DNA of 64,000 bases from a virus (IMGVR_UViG_3300025875_000590:23201-87200), one strand, 5' to 3'; shown: positions 43,613 to 52,695, numbered from the stretch's first letter. Notes: generated from the sequence alone by a model not told the origin. Made by a program: numbers and translations.

Positions 43613-43771
43613 TCAGGAGACGGTGATGACCGTCGACCCGGACGGCGCCGCCGACATCGCGGCGATCGCCTCGGTGCGCGACACGTAGGTGCCGAGCACC
43701 GTGCCGCTCGGGTCCTTCAGCTGGTACCGGGGGCCGGTGCCCTTCGCACCCCCGCACTTGCAGTTGCCCAT
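43613..43771 (-). CDS. Small MGxCxC head-operon protein
   Basis: MGNCKCGG..YQLKDPSG; AAGGAG RBS. Confidence 0.65.
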   Translation of the reverse strand: MGNCKCGGAKGTGPRYQLKDPSGTVLGTYVSRTEAIAAMSAAPSGSTVITVS

Positions 43772-43773
43772 CG

Positions 43774-44223
43774 TCATCTCCTTCGTGGCGGACGCCTGGC
43801 CTGAGCTTCTTGCCAGCAGGCGAGGCAGCCGCGCCGGTTGCCGTGCCGATCCCACCGGGCGGTGGCATCGGTGATCTCGTGCCGGCCGGACCGGCAGCGG
43901 GTGAGGCGGGACCGGCGCCGGTTCTCGGCGTGGGTCACAACCTCAAGGTGGGTTGTGCGGACGCAGAGGGGCGTCACGCATAGGTGGTCCAGTTCGAACC
44001 CGTCTGGAACGGGGCCGTGCTCCTGCTCCCACGCCCAGATGTGGACGTAGACCTTGGGGTCGGCCTGTCGGGTGCCGGGTTGGAACGTCCCGTAGGCGCG
44101 TGGACCTGAGCCGGTCCAGAGCCAGCACGGACCGAGCTCGGGCCGCTGCGCGGGCACCGGCCCGTCCCGGTTGACCTTGCGCCAGAACCGGACGTCGGCG
44201 GGGATGGGGACTCGTGCCACCAC
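43774..44223 (-). CDS. HNH homing endonuclease
   Basis: RFWRKV, CWLWTG, LDHLC..PLCVRTTHLEVVTHAEN. Confidence 0.9.
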   Translation of the reverse strand: MVARVPIPADVRFWRKVNRDGPVPAQRPELGPCWLWTGSGPRAYGTFQPGTRQADPKVYVHIWAWEQEHGPVPDGFELDHLCVTPLCVRTTHLEVVTHAENRRRSRLTRCRSGRHEITDATARWDRHGNRRGCLACWQEAQARRPPRRR

Positions 44224-44253
44224 ACGAGTGTCCCATCCCCGCCACCGGCCCTC

Positions 44254-44409
44254 CTACTTCGTCGGGATGGCGCGGACGGCGAGCCGCACCACGATCGTGA
44301 TGGTCGCGCCGAGCAGCAGCGCGGCCGGCTCGTGCCACCAGCGGCCGGAGCGGCGGGCGGCGCGGACGCCGTCGAGGTACTGGCCGAACGTGAGGTCGTC
44401 GTTGCTCAT
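44254..44409 (-). CDS. 51-aa membrane protein
   Basis: MSNDDLTFGQYLDG..LLLGATITIVVRLAV (hand translation). Confidence 0.45.
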   Translation of the reverse strand: MSNDDLTFGQYLDGVRAARRSGRWWHEPAALLLGATITIVVRLAVRAIPTK

Positions 44410-44422
44410 GGTGACCAGTGTC

Positions 44423-44767
44423 CTAGGCCCGCGGCGGCCAGCACCAGGTGCCGGGCCCGCCGGCCGCGTCGTAGGGCACGTCGTACTCCGGGTAGGAGCC
44501 GTTGACGTTCTCGGCCCGGCCGTGCGGGGACTCGACCAGGAAGTCGTCGGCGTCCTTCCGCTTGCCGGGCACCCCGGGGGTGAACACCTGCAGGTGCACG
44601 TGCTCGGGGGAGGACAGGTCGGCGACGAACCCGGCGTCGACGCCGGGCCGGTAGAGGCTGTCCTGCGTCGCGGTCACCATGGCGGGCACGGTGTAGTGCC
44701 CGGTGCGGGACCGGTAGTGGACGACCCGCCCGAGCCCGAGCACCCCGCCGCCGACGATCGCGCTCAC
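44423..44767 (-). CDS. Conserved-type phage protein
   Basis: GRVVHY..PAMVT..VHLQVF..GTWCWPPR. Confidence 0.7.
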   Translation of the reverse strand: MSAIVGGGVLGLGRVVHYRSRTGHYTVPAMVTATQDSLYRPGVDAGFVADLSSPEHVHLQVFTPGVPGKRKDADDFLVESPHGRAENVNGSYPEYDVPYDAAGGPGTWCWPPRA

Positions 44768-47694
44768 CGGGACACCACGCTGGCGGAGAGGGCGGCCAGG
44801 CGGTCGCGGCGGGGCTGGTCGACCCGGGCGGCCAGCGAGGCGAGCTTGGCGTGCCGGGACCGGTCCGGGCGCACGGTGGCGGCCAGCCCGCGGAGCCGGG
44901 CGGCGCGCTCCCCGCTCGCGGTCTCCTCACGCAGCTGCGCGCGGACGGCGGCGGTGACGTCGGCGGTGATGCGCTGGGTGAGCTGCGCCAGGGTCGCCGA
45001 GGACGTCGACCGGGTCTTGGTCGGGTCGACCGGGCGCACCGAGGGGGCGGCGGTGAGCGCGGTGCGGCCGGCGGAGTCGGTGGCGAACCGGGGGGTGGGG
45101 AACCCGGGGCTGTTGACCGACAGCACGCCGATCATCTCCAGCTCGCCGCCGACGCGCCGCCAGTCACCCGAGACCGGGGAGCGGCGCAGGTCGTAGATCT
45201 GCTCCTCGGTGACGCCGGGGGTGAGGGCACCGGAGAACGCGATCCCGAACTCGTCCTCGTACATGCGGACGACAGCAGCGCCGGCGCCGCGGACGTCGTA
45301 GTGCTCGATCGCGGACCGGTAGGCGAGCCGCACGTCGGCGTGCTGGCCGCCGAGGGTGAGGTTGCCGACGGCGACGCGGGTGCCGTCGGCGGTCACGACC
45401 TCCCCGGTGTGGAAGTGCTTGTAGCCCGACGGGGACGGCGGCGGGGTGACGCAGGTGTTGGCGAACCCGACGTGGCAGACGTCCCAGAGGGCGGCGTGCC
45501 CGTAGACGCGGCCGTCGTCGGTGATGGTGAGCGCGGTCGGCCCGGCCAGCTTCGGGTCGGCGAACCACTCGGCCGGCGGGCGAAGCGGCCCGGCGGCGGC
45601 GAGCAGGCTGACCTCGGCCTCCTCCTCGGTGGCCGGGTCCTCCTCGGGGGCGGCGGTGACGACGGTGACGTTGGCCAGGGGCACGGTGACCGGGTTGCCG
45701 GGCGTCTCCACGGGGGCGCCGACGGGCACCTCGGTGGGCTGCAGGGTCACCATCTCGTCGTCCTCGTTGAGGCCGGTGACCTCGCCGCGGCCGGACTCCT
45801 GCACGTCCTCGCCGTCGTCGGAGACGATCTCGTAGTCCACGATCGCGCCGACCGCGACGACACCGCCAGCGGCGTCCTCCAGCGACGCCTCACCGCCGGG
45901 GGCGGCGGGAGCAGCAGCGGCCGACAGCTCGATCTTCGCGCCCTCGAAGGCGGGGGTGGCGACCTGGGTGACGGCGATGAGCTTGCCCTCGGAGACCTGC
46001 TCGAGGACCTTCGGGTCCTCCCCGCGGTCCCAGGCGTCGAAGATGTCCTCCATCGAGACGGGGTTGCCGTCCTCGTCCACGAGCTCGCCGACGACGTCGG
46101 AGAGGTCGACGGAGACGTGGCCGAGCCCGGACTCGGTGAGGGTGACGGCCTGCTCGATGGCCTTGGACAGGTCGGGGGCCGCGGCGGCGTCGGCGTCGAG
46201 GTAGTCGCCGCTGGCCTCGATGCCCTGGTTGGTGAAGGTGACGGCGAGGATGCGGCCGACGACGACGGAGCCGTCGTGGCCGAAGCCGCTGGTGGGCTGG
46301 AACAGCAGCGGCAGCGGCAGCTCGCGGGCGGTGAGCGAGCCGACCTTGAAGATCCGGCCGTCGCCGGTGGGGGTGTCGAACGGGGCGAGGTGCGGTGCGG
46401 ACTTCCAGGTTCGGGGCATGGGGCGTCCTTCAGGAGCGGAGGAGTCGCCCGGCCCGGAGCCAGCAGCAGCATCAGTGTGCCCCGTGAGGGGCTCGTCGGC
46501 GGTGAGGGCGGGACCGTCCGGTTCCGAACGGTCCCCGGTCGCGCCGGCGTCGGCGGTGACCGCGGCCCGGGCTGCGTCGACCATGTCGGCCTGCCGCGCC
46601 TGCTCTACGGGGTCATCGAACGCCCGGACGACGGGCGGGTCCTGGGCGGCACGGGCTTCGATTTCTGCCTGCACTTCTGCGGGGTCTTGCCAGCCACGGT
46701 CAGCGACATCGTTGGACTCTTCGTCGGCGCCCACGAAGGCGAGTGAGCAGCGGCAGTTGACCGTGAGGTGGGGTGGGGCAGTCGGATCACCGGGATGCCC
46801 CAGGTGGAAGCCTCCGACGTCGAACGGTTCCCCGAGGGGTCGTCGCTGTCCGTCGGCGGCGAAGTGCGCGTCGCGGGTGCGGCCGTCCCCGATGGTCGCC
46901 ACCCACACCTTGTGCAGCGGTTCGTCGGTGGCGTCGGCGATCACCTCGTGGGCGGCGAGCTGGCCCCCTGCGTACGCGGCGATGGTCTCGGTGCGGGCGA
47001 TGGTCTGCGCTCGCCCGGCCCATGAGTTCTCCCCGCTGGTGTCGAGGGATTCCTGGACGCGGTCGCGGATGGTGGGGATGGAGGCGCCGTCGGCGATGCC
47101 GTCCTGGACGACCGTGCGCACGAGGTCGAAGGTGCTGTCGGCGACGCCGCCGAGCCGGTTGGACACCTCCTCGAGGTACTGCTCCTGCCACGCCCGGGCG
47201 GAGACGGTCTGCTCGTCGGAGAGGAACAGCGCGAACACCTGGTCGAGGAGTTCGGCGATCCGGGTGACGATCTGCAAGTTGGCGATGCGCCGCCAGGTGC
47301 TGGCCATCGCGGGGATCGCGCCGGGATCGGGCGGGAGGTTCCCGTCGGGAGCGGCGGTGAGGTACTGGTCGTCCAGGACGGCGCTGGCGACGACGGCGGT
47401 CCACGCGGACAAGGCCTTGCGGGCGGCGGTCTCGATGCGGGGTTCCCACCGGGCGAGGGCCGCGGCGGCGTCAAGGCGCTGCTCGTGCCACGGGTCGAGG
47501 TGCTGCTCCCCGGTGTCGACGTCGTCGGCCGCAGCGGTGACCGCGGCCGGGGGGCGGGCGATGAGCAGCCCGGTGGCCGGCTCGGCGAACTGGGACGGCG
47601 GCGGGGTCGTGGTGAGGACGAGCCCGCTGGTGTCCTCCATGAGCCGCTCGGCGGCGATCTGCGGCGCTGCGGCGCCGGGGCGGGAGCGGCTCAT
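44764..47694 (-). CDS. MuF-like minor head protein fused to capsid maturation protease
   Basis: RAQTIARTET, KVWVAT..RTRDAH, VNCRC; then DTPTGDGR..LPLPL, PAFEGA, SGDWR; internal AAGGA-ATG at 46419. Confidence 0.85.
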   Translation of the reverse strand: MSRSRPGAAAPQIAAERLMEDTSGLVLTTTPPPSQFAEPATGLLIARPPAAVTAAADDVDTGEQHLDPWHEQRLDAAAALARWEPRIETAARKALSAWTAVVASAVLDDQYLTAAPDGNLPPDPGAIPAMASTWRRIANLQIVTRIAELLDQVFALFLSDEQTVSARAWQEQYLEEVSNRLGGVADSTFDLVRTVVQDGIADGASIPTIRDRVQESLDTSGENSWAGRAQTIARTETIAAYAGGQLAAHEVIADATDEPLHKVWVATIGDGRTRDAHFAADGQRRPLGEPFDVGGFHLGHPGDPTAPPHLTVNCRCSLAFVGADEESNDVADRGWQDPAEVQAEIEARAAQDPPVVRAFDDPVEQARQADMVDAARAAVTADAGATGDRSEPDGPALTADEPLTGHTDAAAGSGPGDSSAPEGRPMPRTWKSAPHLAPFDTPTGDGRIFKVGSLTARELPLPLLFQPTSGFGHDGSVVVGRILAVTFTNQGIEASGDYLDADAAAAPDLSKAIEQAVTLTESGLGHVSVDLSDVVGELVDEDGNPVSMEDIFDAWDRGEDPKVLEQVSEGKLIAVTQVATPAFEGAKIELSAAAAPAAPGGEASLEDAAGGVVAVGAIVDYEIVSDDGEDVQESGRGEVTGLNEDDEMVTLQPTEVPVGAPVETPGNPVTVPLANVTVVTAAPEEDPATEEEAEVSLLAAAGPLRPPAEWFADPKLAGPTALTITDDGRVYGHAALWDVCHVGFANTCVTPPPSPSGYKHFHTGEVVTADGTRVAVGNLTLGGQHADVRLAYRSAIEHYDVRGAGAAVVRMYEDEFGIAFSGALTPGVTEEQIYDLRRSPVSGDWRRVGGELEMIGVLSVNSPGFPTPRFATDSAGRTALTAAPSVRPVDPTKTRSTSSATLAQLTQRITADVTAAVRAQLREETASGERAARLRGLAATVRPDRSRHAKLASLAARVDQPRRDRLAALSASVVSR

Positions 47695-48041
47695 GAGCGG
47701 GCCTTTCGGAGCACGGCGGGCAGGTAGCTGGTGCGGTGCGCCTGCCCGGACAGCAACAAACCGCCGACGTACTCGGTGAGCTCGGCGCGGAAGCGGGCGG
47801 GGTCGACGGTGATGAGGCCGTCGAGCTCGTCGCACCAGTCGAAGGCGCCGGCGAGGAGCTTGGGCAGCTGCGTGGCGGTGACGCGGACGGTCTCGTGGAG
47901 GCGTCGGACGTCGCCGGAGTAGGAGCCGCGGCGCTCGCGGGTGAGGAGCCGCTTGCCGGCCAGCTCGAGGGCGCGCTGGACGAGCAGGTGCGCGGCGACG
48001 GTGTCCCCGCTGGCGACGGCGGTGGGGGCGGTGGTGGTCAC
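47691..48041 (-). CDS. Portal-associated protein
   Basis: VQRALELAGKRLL..LLAGAFD; GTGA overlap with portal stop. Confidence 0.6.
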   Translation of the reverse strand: MTTTAPTAVASGDTVAAHLLVQRALELAGKRLLTRERRGSYSGDVRRLHETVRVTATQLPKLLAGAFDWCDELDGLITVDPARFRAELTEYVGGLLLSGQAHRTSYLPAVLRKARS

Positions 48042-49630
48042 GCGGCGGCCCGCGCAGCGGCCTCGGCCCGGGTGCGGGCGGCGACGCGGGATGCGACGAC
48101 CTGAGCGGTGACGCGGGCGGCAACCGCGGCGGTGGGCGGGCCGGTCGGCTCCCCACCGGCCGGGGGGCCCTCGACGTCGGAGACGGGCTCCCCGCCCTCG
48201 CCCTCGGCTGGGGCGTCCCCGCCGACGGCACCGACGGGGGCGAGGTTGAGGTCGGAGACCTTCCCCCCACTCCACAGGTGCACCAGCGCGGGCACCAGGT
48301 CCCCGGCGCCGGAGGGGTTGGCGGTGATGACCTGGTGCAGCAGCCGGGCGACGCGCTCCTCCAGGTCGGGGGCGTCCTCCTCATCGAACCCGGACTCCCG
48401 CAGCAGCGCGGCGTTGGACAACTCACCGGTGGCGTGCGCGGCCCGGGCGTGCTCTTCCCGGTTCGGGCGCTGGGTGAGGGCGGAGATGTCGAACCAGAGG
48501 GTGAACTTCCACGGGTCCAAGCCGGCCCGCTCGAGGGCGGGCACGTAGTAGCCCTCGTTGATGGCCTGCACGATGACCATGAGCTTCGGGGCGATGTGGA
48601 GCTTGACCGCCTGCTCCTCAATGGCCCACGCCGTCCAGTGGTTCGCGGTGGCCAGCCCGAGCAGCACCTCGGCGGGCATGTCCAGGCCGAGGGCGATGCG
48701 GCGGATGCACGCCTCGCGGGACGCCTGGTTCTCCGACTGCAGCAGCGAACTGAAGGTCAGGTGCTTGACCTTGTCGACGGCCTCCGGCGGGACGCGGAGC
48801 ACGGGGGGGACGAGGCGGGCGGAGTCCGACGGGTCGTCCAGGGGGACGAGGATCGACTCGGCGAGCATCAGCATGAGGGGGTCCGCGCCCGGGTTGGCCT
48901 CGAGCGCCTCCGCGGACGGCGGGGGGAAGGTCACGTTGTTGGGGAGGATGAGCAGCCCGGCGCCGGCGAGGGTGGAGTCCATCTGGCGGGCGGCGACCTG
49001 CACGAGGGACCGCAGCTCCCGCAGCACGGGGAGGATCGCGCGCACCGGGGAGTCGGCCTGCCACCGCTTGCGGGGGTGCGACGTCCAGATGCGGATGATG
49101 ATCGTGCGCTTCGGGTCGAGGGTGCGCTTGCCGTTGCCGCGGTCGATCTGCCAGCCACCGCCGGCGGAGTAGGACAGCTCGTCGGTGGAGGCCACGTACC
49201 AGTCGTCATCGCCGACGGGCTCCCCGAGCTCGTCCACGGGGGTCTCGCCGATGACGTAGGAGTCGCCGACGACGGTGAGGTGGACGCCGACCTGGGCGAG
49301 GATCTGGGACTGCGTGGTGGGGCCGCCGAGCAGGTCGAACGCGGCGGCCAGCGCGCCGGGGTGCTCGGTGGGCTTGTCCGAGGGCTTGCCGTCGTCGGCG
49401 ACGTCGGCGGGGTAGAGGATCGCGCGGGACAGGGAGTTGCCGAACCAGTTCGCGGCGAACCGCAGCTCGCCGCACTCGTTGTAGAACTCCCAGCCCTCGG
49501 CCTGCCACGCCTGCTGTAGCACGCCCTTGGGCTTCTTGGTGAGGTCGAGGCGGGCGGCGGAGGCGACGAGCCCGTTGGGGGTGAAGCCCTCGTCCACCTC
49601 GACGGTGGAGCGGCGGCGGCGGCCGGGCAT
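48038..49630 (-). CDS. Portal protein
   Basis: WQAEGWEFYNECGELRFAANW, IWTSHP..ADSP, LAGAGLLILP, GLDMPAEVLLG..NHW. Confidence 0.9.
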   Translation of the reverse strand: MPGRRRRSTVEVDEGFTPNGLVASAARLDLTKKPKGVLQQAWQAEGWEFYNECGELRFAANWFGNSLSRAILYPADVADDGKPSDKPTEHPGALAAAFDLLGGPTTQSQILAQVGVHLTVVGDSYVIGETPVDELGEPVGDDDWYVASTDELSYSAGGGWQIDRGNGKRTLDPKRTIIIRIWTSHPRKRWQADSPVRAILPVLRELRSLVQVAARQMDSTLAGAGLLILPNNVTFPPPSAEALEANPGADPLMLMLAESILVPLDDPSDSARLVPPVLRVPPEAVDKVKHLTFSSLLQSENQASREACIRRIALGLDMPAEVLLGLATANHWTAWAIEEQAVKLHIAPKLMVIVQAINEGYYVPALERAGLDPWKFTLWFDISALTQRPNREEHARAAHATGELSNAALLRESGFDEEDAPDLEERVARLLHQVITANPSGAGDLVPALVHLWSGGKVSDLNLAPVGAVGGDAPAEGEGGEPVSDVEGPPAGGEPTGPPTAAVAARVTAQVVASRVAARTRAEAAARAAA

Positions 49631-49728
49631 CAGCGATCACCTCGGGAGCGGTAGCGGTTGGCGAGGGTGGCGAGCAGCCCGACGGCGGCCATGGCGGTGA
49701 CGACCTGCAGCAGGAGGTCGGTGGTCAC
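49630..49728 (-). CDS. 32-aa membrane peptide
   Basis: Single TM; overlap-coupled on both sides. Confidence 0.4.
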   Translation of the reverse strand: MTTDLLLQVVTAMAAVGLLATLANRYRSRGDR

Positions 49729-50063
49729 TCGTCGTCCTCGAGGCCGGCGAGCAGCGCGGTGCCGTGGCTGTAGGCGAGGGCGAGCAGCGCGCCGAGGGCG
49801 ATGCGGTGGGGCCAGGCGAGGGCGTCGGCGACGTCGGGGGCGAGGGCGAAGGTCAGCCACAGGACGGCGGCGGCGACCGGGGGCGCCATGTACATGGAGA
49901 CGCACCACCGGCAGTGCACGAGGTAGCCCAGGGCCGAGCTGGGGCCGAAGCGGCGGACGATCGCGGCGCGGAGAGGCAGCAGCACGCGGTCGGCGGAGAG
50001 CAGGCGGGTGAGGCGGGCGGTGGCGAACAGGCCGGCCAGGACGGTGATGACGGCGAAGATCAC
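49725..50063 (-). CDS. DUF1360 family membrane protein
   Basis: ARLTRLLSADRVLLPLR, LVHCRWCVS. Confidence 0.8.
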   Translation of the reverse strand: MIFAVITVLAGLFATARLTRLLSADRVLLPLRAAIVRRFGPSSALGYLVHCRWCVSMYMAPPVAAAVLWLTFALAPDVADALAWPHRIALGALLALAYSHGTALLAGLEDDE

Positions 50064-50221
50064 GCGCCGGAGTATCACTGCGCGTGTCCGCTTGACTACC
50101 GGACGACTCGCCGCCTCCCAACTCGGCCCCAACGGGCGGGGAGCGGGGGCGTGGGGCACACTGCGGGGGCGTCGGGCAGCTCCCCCCGTGGCTGCCCGGC
50201 GCTCCAGCTCGAGCACGGCGG

Positions 50222-50407
50222 TCACCGGCGCCGGTCGCGCAGCCACCAGCAGGCGACGCCGCGGCAGCGCGTGCACGCGGGCACGTACTCGTGAGGACGG
50301 CCGATGGCGCTCCTGAGCGTCCAGCGCACGCGGTGCCAGCCGAGCCGGCACCGCCGTCCGCCCGGCACGGTGTCCAGTGCGACGGGGATGCGCGTCCAGG
50401 GCTTCAC
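50222..50407 (-). CDS. Small Cys/His hypothetical protein
   Basis: CRLGWH..CTRC. Confidence 0.5.
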   Translation of the reverse strand: MKPWTRIPVALDTVPGGRRCRLGWHRVRWTLRSAIGRPHEYVPACTRCRGVACWWLRDRRR

Positions 50408-50432
50408 GGGTGCCTCACGGGCTCGCGGGGGA

Positions 50433-50467
50433 CGCCCGGCCCGTGGCCAGCAGCACGCTCAGGGTAG
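50433..50467 (-). promoter_or_regulatory. Late promoter/leader motif, copy C (before portal operon)
   Basis: CTACCCT then GCTGCTGGCCACGGGCCGGGCG. Confidence 0.6.
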
Positions 50468-50831
50468 CTGCGGAGCGGGGCCCCGCCGCCGTTCGCGGCT
50501 TCCACCCCGCGGCTAGCGGCGAGGACCCGTACCTCGCGCCGGCGCGGGGTTCAGCAGGCCCACCGCTGACCCGCGCCCGGCGCACCCTGCTCGTAGGCGC
50601 GCGGGCACGGGCGAGCACGAGAACGGTCCCTCTCGCTTCGCACGCGAGAGGGACCGTCTGCGCAGCTCCACCGGGGCCCCGGGTGCTGGGCTGCTCGTTC
50701 GCTAGTGCTGCTCCGTCCCGCACACCAGGTGAGCTCCCCCCGGGACGGCGGCTCCAGCCCTCCACCGACTACGGGCTGGTTCCCCCGGCTTCACCCGAAG
50801 GTCAGCGGTCGGCGGGGGTCTGCGGAGCAGG
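50468..50831 (-). ncRNA. Candidate structured non-coding RNA
   Basis: About 360 nt without a convincing ORF; 14-bp perfect stem, UUCG tetraloop, multiple nested helices. Confidence 0.4.
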
Positions 50832-51278
50832 TTACTCGTCGGCTCCGAACGCGGCATCACGAGCACGCCGCAGCACCTTGACCAACCGGTTCACGCCGGA
50901 CCGGTCGAGGTGGGTCCATGCGTTCTCGTAGCCATACGTGGGCCTGGCCTCCTCGCGGGTGGCGGGGTCCGGTCCGTCCTGCACGGCGTTGAGCACCTCG
51001 CGGCCGATCTCGCGGTACGTCTCGGCCAGCGCCCTGGCCTGCTCCGGGTTCAGCCCCTCCAAATCTGGGGTGAGGCTCATGGTCCGCCAGCCTGCGGCGA
51101 CCGCGCGCTTCCCGATGCGCTCCAGTTGCTGCGCTGAGCCGTACAGCTGGGTGACCAGCGACCGTCCGTCGCTGGTCTCGATCCCGAGCTGCACGTCGTT
51201 GTGGGTCGAGGCCCAGCCGACCTGGACAACGAAGCCGTCCACGTCCCTGCCGGTGCCGGTGATCGTCTCGCGGGGCAT
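50832..51278 (-). CDS. Conserved-type actinophage protein
   Basis: MPRETI, VQVGW..VQLG, LDRSGVNRLVKVLRRARDAAFGADE. Confidence 0.7.
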   Translation of the reverse strand: MPRETITGTGRDVDGFVVQVGWASTHNDVQLGIETSDGRSLVTQLYGSAQQLERIGKRAVAAGWRTMSLTPDLEGLNPEQARALAETYREIGREVLNAVQDGPDPATREEARPTYGYENAWTHLDRSGVNRLVKVLRRARDAAFGADE

Positions 51279-51343
51279 GACGCCCTCCGCTCTGCCCATC
51301 ACGGGCGTCCACCCCAGCCTCACGCCGGGGACTGCCGCGGACG

Positions 51344-51523
51344 CTACCCGCCGCCGGTGACAAGCAGCAGCAGGGCGACGACCCCGGCGAGCAGCGCGAG
51401 GTCGACGGCGATGATGACGGCCAGGCCGACCTCCTCGGCGCGGTTGAGGACGATGAGCCCGCCGCCGAACAGGACGACCAGCACGAGCAGGGCCGGCCAC
51501 ACGTCGGCGAGGTGCTCGGTCAC
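51344..51523 (-). CDS. Small two-TM membrane protein
   Basis: 59 aa hydrophobic. Confidence 0.55.
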   Translation of the reverse strand: MTEHLADVWPALLVLVVLFGGGLIVLNRAEEVGLAVIIAVDLALLAGVVALLLLVTGGG

Positions 51524-51575
51524 GGTGCGCGCACCTCGCCGTCCCCAGGGTGGGGGCCGTGCAGTCGGCGACTGC

Positions 51576-52157
51576 TCACAGCCGCTCGGGTTCGGGAGCG
51601 GCAGGGAACAACTGGACGCGGCCGGCCATGTCCCGAACTTCGATGACCTCCTCGCCGGAGCGCGCGGCGGCGAAGCTGCGGTCCAGCTGGGCCTGCTGCT
51701 GGCGCAGGTCAAGGATCGTGCGCTCGTAGGCGTCGACCCGGGCCTTCGTGTCCTCCAGCAGTTGCCGCAGCTTCCCGTTCGGGTCGACGCGGATGGCGAG
51801 AGGCACGACGGCGGTCGCTCCGCCCGGGGGCTCGAGCACATGCTCCGGCTCCGGCTCCGGTTCAGGATCCGGGTGGCCGAGGGCGGCGCGGACGTCGGGG
51901 GCGAGGGTGCTGAGGATGGCGGCGTGGTCGCCGGGCAGCTCGAGCACGGTTCCTCCAGCGGGGACGGCGCGGCGGGGTGGCCGGCCGTGGACGACGCGGT
52001 GGGCGACGGCGGCGATCGTCTCCCACACGGCGGCCAGCGCGTCCCGCATCGCGTTCCAGATGCCGACGACGCCGACCTCGGTGATCACGAGCACGATCAG
52101 GACCAGCGCGGTAGCGAGGGCGACGCCGGCGATCTGTGCCCACTCGAGGGCGGTCAC
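51576..52157 (-). CDS. TM-anchored coiled-coil protein
   Basis: N-terminal TM; LRQLLEDTKARVDAYERTILDL. Confidence 0.6.
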   Translation of the reverse strand: MTALEWAQIAGVALATALVLIVLVITEVGVVGIWNAMRDALAAVWETIAAVAHRVVHGRPPRRAVPAGGTVLELPGDHAAILSTLAPDVRAALGHPDPEPEPEPEHVLEPPGGATAVVPLAIRVDPNGKLRQLLEDTKARVDAYERTILDLRQQQAQLDRSFAAARSGEEVIEVRDMAGRVQLFPAAPEPERL

Positions 52158-52489
52158 CGGCGTGCCCAGACGAGGTGCAGCGCAGGGCGCTCGTCGGTGG
52201 GCAGCTCTTCCAGCGGCAGCTCGGGGACGGCGGCCAGGGGGAGGGCGATCAGCTCGGTGGTGTCGGTGCGGGGGATGCGCCGGACGGTGCCGCACGAGCA
52301 GGCGCGGGCGCCGACCGGGTCGGGGGCTTGGAGGGGGTGGACTCCGCCGGAGTCGGGTTCGGCGCACACGGGCGGCTCCTTGGGTCGGCGCAGCAGGTGG
52401 ACGGCGATGGCGATGAGCGCGGCGGCCAGGACGACGGCGAGCACGGCCCAGAGGCCGGCGGCCAGGTCGACGTGCGCGCCCTCGACCAT
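52154..52489 (-). CDS. Single-TM hypothetical protein
   Basis: Hydrophobic N-terminus; overlap-coupled. Confidence 0.55.
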   Translation of the reverse strand: MVEGAHVDLAAGLWAVLAVVLAAALIAIAVHLLRRPKEPPVCAEPDSGGVHPLQAPDPVGARACSCGTVRRIPRTDTTELIALPLAAVPELPLEELPTDERPALHLVWARR

Positions 52490-52695
52490 CAGCGGCGGCG
52501 CGCGGCCCGGTCCAGCACGCGCTGCTCGGGCTGGGCCGGACGTGGGGGCAGCAGGACCGCGCTGCTGCCGGGCATGGGCCGGTAGCAGCGCTCGAGGGCG
52601 TCGGCGCGGTGCATGCCGATGCCGAGCGCGGGGGCGAGCAGGGCGCCGAGCAGGAACCACCCTGCGCAGATGATGGCCAGCAGGGTCCAGGTCAT
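52489..52695 (-). CDS. Small membrane protein
   Basis: MTWTLLAIICAGWFLLGALLAPALG. Confidence 0.55.
   Translation of the reverse strand: MTWTLLAIICAGWFLLGALLAPALGIGMHRADALERCYRPMPGSSAVLLPPRPAQPEQRVLDRAARRR

Noticed and set aside
44764-48621. 1285-aa ORF and other over-extended ORF starts in the track
   Set aside because: The N-terminal extensions overlap neighbouring genes in other frames. Starts were reassigned using RBS and stop-start overlaps (e.g. 47694).
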